Shown here: in pieces, positions 1-6,835 of the stretch
Numbering within the stretch: the first letter of the stretch is position 1
Layout of the letters: each line of letters starts with the position of its first letter
Source of the DNA: a bacterium
Lineage (GTDB): Bacteria > Eisenbacteria > RBG-16-71-46
DNA length: 12,442 nucleotides
Direction: 5' to 3'
Assembly (NCBI GenBank): GCA_043779265.1
Contig: JAYWEM010000047.1
Location: 1-12,442 of the forward strand
Made by a program: the position numbers and the translations under genes
The notes under the pieces: model-generated
Database searches by the model: none
Told to the model about the DNA's origin: nothing
The model's input: the letters and a program-made list of their open reading frames with translations, nothing else

Positions 1-324
1 GTCGGCGCCGCCGATCCGTCGCAGCGCTCGGCGTTCCTGGCAGCCGGCATCTCGACAGCCCTCAACACGACGGCATTCGGACTGATCGTGGCCGTTCCGA
101 CCCTGCTGTTGCACGGCTGGCTGGTGTCGATGGTCGAGGCCGTCGTCGAGCAGGTGGATGAGGTCTCCGTCCGCGTCTCGCGTGCCCTCGGGGCGGTCTC
201 CCCGGCAACCTCGGCTCGTTCGACCGCTCCTGCGGCTCAGGTCGTGGCGATGCCGCCTCGCGCGGTGACGCCGATCGGTCAGGCACCGGCGCGCGGTCCC
301 ATCGCCTCGCAGGGCGGAGCGTAG
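1..324 (+). CDS. MotA/TolQ/ExbB proton channel family protein, 5'-truncated (AglR-like)
   Basis: Frame 1 is open from base 1: VGAADPSQRSAFLAAGISTALNTTAFGLIVAVPTLLLHGWL..., matching the last TM helix signature of ExbB/TolQ (GI.xAL.xTA.GL.xAxP). Ends at TAG 322-324 after an Ala/Pro-rich tail. Followed by two ExbD genes. Confidence 0.9.
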   Translation, partial: VGAADPSQRSAFLAAGISTALNTTAFGLIVAVPTLLLHGWLVSMVEAVVEQVDEVSVRVSRALGAVSPATSARSTAPAAQVVAMPPRAVTPIGQAPARGPIASQGGA

Positions 325-330
325 GTCGTC

Positions 331-798
331 ATGGCCCGCCGGATCTCACGGGGGAGGTCGAGCCGCGTGCATGTCGCGGCGGACCTCGAACTGCTCCCGC
401 TCATGAACATCTTCATCGTCCTCATCCCGATGCTGCTCCTGTCGGCGGTCTTCGTCGAGGTGCGCGCCATCGAGATGTCGGCGCCACGGGTCAGCGAGGA
501 GGCCAGTGCGACTCCGCGCGAGCCGCTCGACCTGGCCATCGGCGTCTCCGATGCCGGATGGGTCGTGCGTGGCAACGGCATCACCGAAGCGCACATCGTC
601 CGTCCATCCAGCGGGTCGCTCATCCCCTTGATCGAGGCGTTGAAGACGGTGACCGCTCGCTTCCCCGAGGAGCGCGCCGTCCGCATCGTCGCCGAGCCGG
701 GAACGCGCTATGAGGAACTGGTCTCGCTCATGGACGCGGCCCGAGCAGCCGGGCTGTCGGATGCCTCGCTGATGGGCACCGCGAACGGAGGCCACTGA
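331..798 (+). CDS. ExbD/TolR family protein (copy 1; Asn at the conserved TM Asp position)
   Basis: 155 aa. Basic N-terminus, single TM LELLPLMNIFIVLIPMLLLSAVF, and ExbD C-terminal motif VRIVAEPGTRYEELVSLMDAARAAG. Confidence 0.88.
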   Translation: MARRISRGRSSRVHVAADLELLPLMNIFIVLIPMLLLSAVFVEVRAIEMSAPRVSEEASATPREPLDLAIGVSDAGWVVRGNGITEAHIVRPSSGSLIPLIEALKTVTARFPEERAVRIVAEPGTRYEELVSLMDAARAAGLSDASLMGTANGGH

Positions 799-799
799 G

Positions 800-1303
800 A
801 TGGCACGTGGACGGAAGGATCGTCGGAGCCGGCTCGGCAAACTGAAGGCCGCGACGAACGTGAATCTCACGTCGATGATGGACATCCTCACGACCCTGCT
901 GTTCTTCGTCCTCCTCAGCTTCGTGAGCGGCGGGGAGAGTTCCACGCCCGCGCCGGGGATCACGCTGCCGGCCTCGACCGCCGAACAGGCGACTCGGGCG
1001 TCGCTCGTCATCGCGGTGGACTCGAAGTCGATCCTCGTGGGTGGCGAACGAGTGGCGACTGTCGAAGAGGCGATGCACTCGGAGGGTCTCCTCATCCCTG
1101 CGCTCGCCCAGCACCTGACCCAGGTCCGTGAACAGATGGACGCTCTGGCCGCGAGGAAGGGCGAGGATGTGGGCAGTACTCCGCGTCTCGTCACGCTCCA
1201 GGGAGATGCCTCCGTCGAGTTCCGCGTCCTCCAGAAGGTGATGTACACGCTCGACCAGAGCGGCTTCCCGGACATCGCGCTCGCGGTGCTCAAGAAGGCC
1301 TGA
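800..1303 (+). CDS. ExbD/TolR family protein (copy 2; conserved Asp28)
   Basis: 167 aa. TM NLTSMMDILTTLLFFVL, ITLPAS, and C-terminal LQGDASVEFRVLQKVMYTLDQSGF. GGAGG RBS upstream; starts 1 nt after the previous stop. Confidence 0.9.
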   Translation: MARGRKDRRSRLGKLKAATNVNLTSMMDILTTLLFFVLLSFVSGGESSTPAPGITLPASTAEQATRASLVIAVDSKSILVGGERVATVEEAMHSEGLLIPALAQHLTQVREQMDALAARKGEDVGSTPRLVTLQGDASVEFRVLQKVMYTLDQSGFPDIALAVLKKA

Positions 1304-1310
1304 GGCGACC

Positions 1311-2309
1311 ATGACCGTCTTCGCACTACCGACCTATCGCCGATCGACCTGGGACGAGCGCGACGAGCTCTTCCTGCGATGCCTGAGCGCCGCTGCGGTC
1401 GCTGGGATGATCGCGCTGCTCGCAATGCTCTTCATGCCGTCGAGGGCCAAGCCCGTCACCAGCGTGGAGCAGGTCTCCCCACGCATGGCGCGTCTCATCC
1501 TCGAGCCGCCCAAGGCGAAGGTGGCCGCTCCGTTGCCCGCGCGGCCTGCAGCCGATGTGGTGAAGGCCGAGGCCACGCCGGTCGAGGCGACGCCGACCCC
1601 CACGCCCGTTCGTGCTCGCCGGCCCAACACTCCAGCGCTTGCGGTTGATGCCGGCCGCGCCGGGCGCGAACGAGCGACCCGCGACGTCGCGGCGCTGGCT
1701 GCGACCTCCGCTTCCTTGAACAGCGCGCTCGACGGCCTCTCGGCAACGCTCGGAGCGGCTTCGGGTCCCGGCACCGGAAGTGGTCCGGCACGCCCGGGCC
1801 GTTCGCGCGGCGTCCGAACGGCACGCGGTGCCGAGGCGCTGGGCGGGGGAGCCGGTGGACTCGCAGGCGGTGCCGCCGATCTCGGAGGTTCCGTCGTGGC
1901 TGGGTCGAGTGTGGCGATCGGTGGGCTCGAGAGCGGCGGCTCGGGAGGTGGCGCGGCGATCGGTGGCACATCATCGGATGCGGGTGGAGGCAGTGGCGCA
2001 GGCGCCGCACCTAGCGTCTTCCGGAGCAATGCGTCGCTGCTCTCGGTGATCCAGCGCTATGCCGCGGGGATCCAGTACTGCTATGGCAACGAGCTCAAGC
2101 GCGATCCGTCACTCAAGGGGAAGCTCGTGGTCGCGCTGACCGTCGCGGCCTCCGGTGCCGTGACCGAGGCGAGTATCGTCCAGAACTCGACCGGGTCCTC
2201 CCGACTCGCACAGTGCGCTCTCTCGCAGATCCGCGACTGGCGCTTCCCGCCGATCGCCCAGGGCGTGACGACGTTCCAGACGCCGTTCGTCTTCACGCCG
2301 CCGCAGTGA
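1311..2309 (+). CDS. TonB-like energy transducer with AgmX/PglI (GltG/GltJ-type) C-terminal domain
   Basis: 332 aa. N-terminal TM, RMARLILEPPK, Pro/Ala-rich then Gly-rich linker, and C-terminal domain IQYCYGNELKRDPSLKGKLVVALTVAASGAV...LAQCALSQIRDWRFP...TPFVF with a Cys pair. Confidence 0.82.
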   Translation: MTVFALPTYRRSTWDERDELFLRCLSAAAVAGMIALLAMLFMPSRAKPVTSVEQVSPRMARLILEPPKAKVAAPLPARPAADVVKAEATPVEATPTPTPVRARRPNTPALAVDAGRAGRERATRDVAALAATSASLNSALDGLSATLGAASGPGTGSGPARPGRSRGVRTARGAEALGGGAGGLAGGAADLGGSVVAGSSVAIGGLESGGSGGGAAIGGTSSDAGGGSGAGAAPSVFRSNASLLSVIQRYAAGIQYCYGNELKRDPSLKGKLVVALTVAASGAVTEASIVQNSTGSSRLAQCALSQIRDWRFPPIAQGVTTFQTPFVFTPPQ

Positions 2310-2315
2310 GCCGAG

Positions 2316-2365
2316 GGCATCGGGGCCGAGAGTGCGAGCCTGCTCGCCTCTCGGCTTCGGCTGCC
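2316..2365 (+). terminator. Strong GC-rich hairpin after the motor operon (terminator or mRNA-stabilising stem)
   Basis: GCCGAGAG-T-GCGAG (2325-2338) pairs with CTCGC-CTCTCGGC (2343-2355) around a CCTG loop and can be extended with G-U pairs. There is no clear U-tract. Confidence 0.5.
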
Positions 2366-2372
2366 GATCGGG

Positions 2373-2401
2373 TTGGGGGCGATCGATCGGGGTGCTAGCG
2401 T
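2373..2401 (+). promoter_or_regulatory. Candidate sigma-70 promoter for the MFS-dut unit
   Basis: TTGGGG (2373-2378), 17-nt spacer, TAGCGT (2396-2401) with extended -10 TGn. The ATG is 9 nt further downstream with no SD, which implies a very short leader. Confidence 0.35.
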
Positions 2402-2410
2402 GCCCCGCCC

Positions 2411-3640
2411 ATGCGCCTGTCCCTCCCACGCACCCACGGCCGCGCCGCGACGGCGTTCATCCTCATCACCGTCGGCCTCGACATGCTGGCACTCGGCATC
2501 ATCGTGCCCGTGCTGCCGAAGTTGGTCATCGACCTGATGGCTGGCGACACCCCCAGCGCCGCCCACATGCTGGGGCTGTTCGGCGCGAGTTGGGCGGCCA
2601 TGCAACTGGTCTGCGCCCCCATCCTCGGCTCGCTCTCCGATCGGTTCGGTCGGCGCCCGGTGATCCTGCTCTCCAATCTCGGGCTCGGCATCGACTATGT
2701 CCTCATGGCGATGGCGCCCTCGATCGGCTGGCTTTTCGCGGGCCGCGTGGTCTCGGGAGCGGCCGCGGCCAGTATCCCGACCGCAGCGGCCTACCTGACC
2801 GATGTGACACCACCCGAGAAGCGCGCCGCGGCGTTCGGCCTGCTCGGCGCGACGTTCGGTCTGGGCTTCATCCTCGGTCCGGCCCTGGGCGGCATCCTCG
2901 GGCAGACGGACCCCCGGCTCCCGTTCTGGGTGGCGGGAGGGCTCAGCCTGCTGAACGCGGCCTACGGGCTGCTCGTGCTGCCCGAGTCGCTCGCGCCTGC
3001 GAATCGTGCGCCGTTCTCGTGGCGGCGGGCCAATCCGATCGCCGCGCTGGGGCTTCTGCGATCGCAACCGGGACTGGGCGGGATCGCCGCCGTCTACTGG
3101 CTCAGCTATCTCGCCCATGAAGCGCTGCCTGCCACGTTCGTCCTCTACACGATGCATCGCTTCGACTGGGAGACACGGACGATAGGCTTCGCGCTGGCGG
3201 GCATCGGACTCGGATTCGCGGTCGTCCAGGGCGGGATGACGAGTGCCATCGTCCGCACGATCGGCGAGCGACACACGCTTCTCCTCGGACTGGTCTCGGG
3301 CTGTCTCGGCTTCGCAGCCTTCGGGTTCGCGCGAGACGGCGCCGGCTTCGTCCTCGCGATCCCGCTCCTCGCATTCTGGGGACTGACGGGCCCAGCGGCC
3401 CAGGCTCTGATGACACGTTGCGTCGCGGCGGACGGACAAGGCAGGCTGCAGGGGACCATCCAGAGTCTCCGCGGCATCAGCAATCTCATCGGGCCAATGG
3501 TCTTCACCACACTCTTCGCATGGGCGATCGGCCCCGGCTTCCCGCGCCACCTGACCGGAGCGGCGTTCCTCGTCTCCTCCCTGCTGCTGGTGAGCGCGGT
3601 GTTCGCACTCCTCCGCCTCGCGCCACAAAGGACCTCATGA
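2411..3640 (+). CDS. TCR/Tet family (DHA1, TetA-like) MFS transporter
   Basis: 409 aa with about 12 hydrophobic segments. TM1 [14 protein letters not shown], motif [13 protein letters not shown], motif [15 protein letters not shown], and GQGRLQG. Confidence 0.92.
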   Translation: MRLSLPRTHGRAATAFILITVGLDMLALGIIVPVLPKLVIDLMAGDTPSAAHMLGLFGASWAAMQLVCAPILGSLSDRFGRRPVILLSNLGLGIDYVLMAMAPSIGWLFAGRVVSGAAAASIPTAAAYLTDVTPPEKRAAAFGLLGATFGLGFILGPALGGILGQTDPRLPFWVAGGLSLLNAAYGLLVLPESLAPANRAPFSWRRANPIAALGLLRSQPGLGGIAAVYWLSYLAHEALPATFVLYTMHRFDWETRTIGFALAGIGLGFAVVQGGMTSAIVRTIGERHTLLLGLVSGCLGFAAFGFARDGAGFVLAIPLLAFWGLTGPAAQALMTRCVAADGQGRLQGTIQSLRGISNLIGPMVFTTLFAWAIGPGFPRHLTGAAFLVSSLLLVSAVFALLRLAPQRTS

Positions 3641-4095
3641 ACCACTCACCGATCCGAGTCCGCATCGTGCGCCTGCCGCATGCGAAGGCGCTGGAACTCC
3701 CCCGCTATGAAACGGCCGGTGCGGCAGGACTCGACATCGCGGCCGCACTCGAGCAACCGCTGACGATCGTTCCCGGATCGATCGCGCGGATCCCAACCGG
3801 CCTTCTGGTCGAGATCCCGACTGGGTACGAACTGCAGCTGAGGCCCCGCTCCGGCCTCGCCGCACGCCACGGCCTCACGCTTCCGAACAGCCCCGCGACG
3901 ATCGACTCCGACTTCCGCGGCGAGATCCTCGTGCTCCTCCAGAACCTGGGGGCCGAGACCGTGACCATCGAACCTGGGATGCGGATCGCCCAGGCCGTGC
4001 TGCAGAGCGTGCCGCGGCTGGAATGGCACGAGGTCGAGTCACTGTCCTCGACGGATCGTGGCGATGGCGGACTCGGAAGCACGGGAACGCACTGA
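3637..4095 (+). CDS. dut: dUTP diphosphatase (trimeric dUTPase)
   Basis: ATG 3637 overlaps the MFS stop (ATGA); 152 aa. Motifs AGLDI, RSGLA, TIDSDFRGEI, RIAQ and RGDGGLGSTG. Confidence 0.95.
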   Translation: MNHSPIRVRIVRLPHAKALELPRYETAGAAGLDIAAALEQPLTIVPGSIARIPTGLLVEIPTGYELQLRPRSGLAARHGLTLPNSPATIDSDFRGEILVLLQNLGAETVTIEPGMRIAQAVLQSVPRLEWHEVESLSSTDRGDGGLGSTGTH

Positions 4096-4130
4096 CGAGC
4101 GAAATGGCGAGTCGGTGGATCGACCGGGAC

Positions 4131-4544
4131 TCAGATCGCTCCAACACTCCGAAGGCACCACGCGGCCCATATGGTGAATCCGAGGACCAGCAACGCGAGC
4201 GCCCAGAACCGCCGCCCCCGGATCGACCATCTCAGGCATGCAGCCACCCAGTTCCATAGGACGCCGTTCGCGAGCACTCCCGCCACCAGGAAGGGCGATG
4301 TCGTCCAGTGGGCATCGAACCGCACCGTCCACAACCATGAACTCGGGCAGAGGGCGCGCTCCCAACCAAGCACCACGCCGGCCCACGGGATCGCCGACCT
4401 CAGCACGTCCATCTCCGTCACGATGAGCGAGACGAGCGCGACGAGCAGGCCCGCCGCATGGGCCCAAGGCGTGAAGCGAGCCTCGGTCATGCTGCTGTCG
4501 CGACGGGAGCGCGAACGCGTGCTGTCGAGCGTGGAAGTGGTCAT
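4131..4544 (-). CDS. Hypothetical Trp-rich membrane protein (about 3 TM)
   Basis: 137 aa from ATG 4544 (alternative ATG 4490). Hydrophobic segments and 12 Trp. It fills the gap between dut and apt and has a candidate promoter directly upstream. Confidence 0.6.
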   Translation of the reverse strand: MTTSTLDSTRSRSRRDSSMTEARFTPWAHAAGLLVALVSLIVTEMDVLRSAIPWAGVVLGWERALCPSSWLWTVRFDAHWTTSPFLVAGVLANGVLWNWVAACLRWSIRGRRFWALALLVLGFTIWAAWCLRSVGAI

Positions 4545-4550
4545 GCGTCG

Positions 4551-4580
4551 ATGGTGCCGCTTGAATGGGGCTCGCGGCAA
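4551..4580 (-). promoter_or_regulatory. Candidate leaderless promoter of the orphan membrane protein
   Basis: On the - strand: TTGCCG (4580-4575), 18 nt, CACCAT (4556-4551), 6 nt, ATG (4544). Confidence 0.4.
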
Positions 4581-4636
4581 GTGCTGTTCGAAGGGGCCAC
4601 TGCGCCAATTGCCCCAACATCGGCGGACTCAGGCGA

Positions 4637-5158
4637 TCAGCCGTCGACCTGGTAGCGAAGCAGCGCATGAACCGGTACAGGGGCGACACGCTCACGCCCC
4701 GAGAGCCCCTCGAGCTCGATCACCACGAGGATGGCGTCCACCATCGCGCCCAACTTACCCACGAGGCCAAGGGTCGCCATCGCCGTGCCGCCGGTGGCAA
4801 GCAGGTCGTCCACGATGACCACTCGCTGTCCGGCCACAAGGGCGTCCGCATGCATCTCGAGGGAATCCTCACCGTATTCGAGAGCATAGGATTGACGGAC
4901 CGTCCGACCCGGCAGCTTGCCGCTCTTGCGAGCTGGCACCAGGGGCACTCCCCAGCGGAGCGCGAGCGGTGCTCCGAACAGGAAGCCACGCGACTCGATC
5001 GCCACGACCGCATCCGGCCGGGCAACGGACGCCTCGAGAGCATCGATGGCACGTTGGAAGGCCGCCGTATCGGCGAGCAATGGGGTGATGTCCTTGAACA
5101 CGATCCCAGGCTTGGGAAAGTCGGGGACATCACGGATGAAAGGCTCGAGTCCGTGCAT
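4637..5158 (-). CDS. apt: Adenine phosphoribosyltransferase
   Basis: 173 aa from ATG 5158 with a GAGGAG RBS at 5173-5168. Motifs IRDVPDFPKPGIVFKDITPLL, ESRGF, RKSGKLP, LEYG and PRPP-binding VVIVDDLLATGGT. Confidence 0.96.
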   Translation of the reverse strand: MHGLEPFIRDVPDFPKPGIVFKDITPLLADTAAFQRAIDALEASVARPDAVVAIESRGFLFGAPLALRWGVPLVPARKSGKLPGRTVRQSYALEYGEDSLEMHADALVAGQRVVIVDDLLATGGTAMATLGLVGKLGAMVDAILVVIELEGLSGRERVAPVPVHALLRYQVDG

Positions 5159-5177
5159 CGGCAGTGGCTCCTCGAAG

Positions 5178-6254
5178 TCAGTGGACCGTCGTCGTGTGGA
5201 GTTGCCCCGAGTCGGCGATCTCGATCGCCTGACGGAGCTTCTCGAGGGCGCGTGATTCGATCTGTCGGACACGCTCGCGCGTGATGCCGAAGTGATCCCC
5301 GGTCTCCTGGAGCGAGTGCGTCAGGCCATCGCGGAACCCGTAGCGGATGCGGAGCACTTGTTCCTCGCGATCGGACAGCGAACGGAGCAGCCGATCGAGC
5401 TTCTCATGCTCGAGCTGGATCTCGACCAACCGCTCGACGGAGAGTGGGCTCGAACCGTAGTCCTCCGCCGAGAGTTCCTCGAAAGCCTGCACACCCTCGC
5501 GAGCATCGGCCGACCGCATGCCATCGATCAGGCCGGCGAGGCGCTCCACGCGAGCGGGCGAGATCTCGAGCTCGAGGGCCATCTCGGCGTAACTCGGCTC
5601 GCGCCGCAGCGCCGTCTGCAGTGTGCGTTGCACCCGCACGTAACGATTCATCTGCTGGAACATCTGTACCGGGATGCGCACAGCCCTCGATTGCTCGGCG
5701 AGCCCGCGGACGATGCCCTGCCGGATCCACAGCGTTGCGTATGTCGAGAAGCGCAGCCCGCGCGTGGGATCGAAGCGATCGACCGCCGAGATCAGGCCCA
5801 GACTCCCCTCCTCGATCAGATCGAGGAAGGCGAGGCCGCGATCGCGGTAGTTGCGCGCCGAGAACACGACCAGGCGGAGATTCGCAAGGATCAGTCGTCG
5901 TCGTGCGTCCTCGTCGCCGAGCCGCGCGAGTGTCGCCGCGGCAAGCACCTCCTCGTGCGTCATGCGAGGGATCCTGCCGATGTCATTCAGGTACAGATCG
6001 AGCAGGTCGAGCTCGGCATCGCGAGGGGCGGGCCGCCGATCGAGGGTCGTTTCGGCGGCCTCCTCCTCCTCCTCGGGCAGACGCACGCCTTCGGCAAGCA
6101 GCCCTTCGCGGAAGCGCTGGAACTCGACCTCATCGAAGTCCGGGTCCACCAGCAATGCATCGTAATCGCGTCGGGACATCTCGCCGCGCGTCAGCGCCTC
6201 GCGTCTTGCCTGACGCAGTCGCTCATCGAATGCCACCAGTTCAGGTCCGTCCAT
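5178..6254 (-). CDS. RNA polymerase sigma-70 family factor, RpoD/RpoS-like (probably group 2)
   Basis: 358 aa. Region 1.2 [10 protein letters not shown], region 2.1 ANLRLVV, region 2.2 [10 protein letters not shown] (RpoS-type EE), region 2.3 [12 protein letters not shown], region 4.2 [15 protein letters not shown]. Lies near surE and apt. Confidence 0.9.
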   Translation of the reverse strand: MDGPELVAFDERLRQARREALTRGEMSRRDYDALLVDPDFDEVEFQRFREGLLAEGVRLPEEEEEAAETTLDRRPAPRDAELDLLDLYLNDIGRIPRMTHEEVLAAATLARLGDEDARRRLILANLRLVVFSARNYRDRGLAFLDLIEEGSLGLISAVDRFDPTRGLRFSTYATLWIRQGIVRGLAEQSRAVRIPVQMFQQMNRYVRVQRTLQTALRREPSYAEMALELEISPARVERLAGLIDGMRSADAREGVQAFEELSAEDYGSSPLSVERLVEIQLEHEKLDRLLRSLSDREEQVLRIRYGFRDGLTHSLQETGDHFGITRERVRQIESRALEKLRQAIEIADSGQLHTTTVH

Positions 6255-6259
6255 GTCCG

Positions 6260-6532
6260 TCAGCGGATCTCGAATCCGCGTTCGCCTCCCTCATCGGGGT
6301 TCCAACCATCCTCGAGCACTGCATCCACTCGACTGCCAGGAGGACCCTGTCGGAGCGTCAGCAGGAATTCATCGATGCGATCCAGTGATCCCTCAGCTTC
6401 GAGCTGCACCGTGCCATCGGGCAGGTTCCGCACCCAGCCCCCCAGTTGGTGGCTCCGCGCAGCTCGAGTGACGAACCATCGGAATCCCACTCCCTGAACC
6501 TTCCCGGTCACCCGCGCGCGCACTCGAGGCAT
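6260..6532 (-). CDS. acyP: Acylphosphatase
   Basis: 90 aa. Motifs [22 protein letters not shown] and GPP. Confidence 0.95.
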   Translation of the reverse strand: MPRVRARVTGKVQGVGFRWFVTRAARSHQLGGWVRNLPDGTVQLEAEGSLDRIDEFLLTLRQGPPGSRVDAVLEDGWNPDEGGERGFEIR

Positions 6533-6538
6533 CCGGTG

Positions 6539-6567
6539 AAGATGAGCGAGGCCATCACGAGAGGCAA
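6539..6567 (-). promoter_or_regulatory. Candidate leaderless promoter of acyP-sigma-apt
   Basis: On the - strand: TTGCCT (6567-6562), 17 nt, CATCTT (6544-6539), 6 nt, ATG (6532). There is no SD before acyP. Confidence 0.45.
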
Positions 6568-6573
6568 GGTCGC

Positions 6574-6633
6574 GGGAATCTGCCGAGACAGAGCGAGAGG
6601 CCGCCCACGTAGGCGGCCTCTCGGCGGATTCCC
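6574..6633 (-). terminator. Long hairpin downstream of tRNA-Pro(CGG)
   Basis: Perfect 12-bp inverted repeat CGAGAGGCCGCC (6594-6605) / GGCGGCCTCTCG (6612-6623). Outer arms GGGAATCTGC (6574-6583) / GCGGATTCCC (6624-6633). No canonical U-tract. Confidence 0.55.
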
Positions 6634-6643
6634 AGGATGAAGA

Positions 6644-6720
<77 letters not shown>

Positions 6721-6798
6721 ACCGAAAGCGTCCGCCGCCACTCCACCGCGATCACCACGACGCGGCTCGGGACAGGACGGACGCGGACAGCGGCGGGG

Positions 6799-6828
6799 AC
6801 CTTAGCATACCCTCCGAAAGAGCGGCAA
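6799..6828 (-). promoter_or_regulatory. Candidate sigma-70 promoter for tRNA-Pro(CGG)
   Basis: On the - strand: TTGCCG (6828-6823), 18 nt, TAAGGT (6804-6799) with extended -10 TG, followed by a GC-rich discriminator CCCCGCC. Confidence 0.55.
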
Positions 6829-6835
6829 AGCAGCC

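Noticed and set aside
1760..2010. Gly-rich low-complexity stretch as a tandem repeat or array
   Set aside because: There is no regular nucleotide repeat unit. It is the flexible linker of the transducer protein.
2081..3628. 515-aa ORF antisense to the MFS gene
   Set aside because: Shadow ORF caused by GC-rich codon bias. It has no recognisable motif and almost entirely overlaps well-supported genes.
3418..3636. N-terminal extensions in the ORF track for dut (also apt, GT2, LPLAT and plsY)
   Set aside because: The extensions overlap neighbouring genes or a tRNA. Downstream ATGs with ATGA coupling or an RBS give family-typical lengths.
2411..3640. Calling the MFS gene tetA (acquired resistance)
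   Set aside because: The motifs support only family-level assignment. There is no tetR or mobile context.
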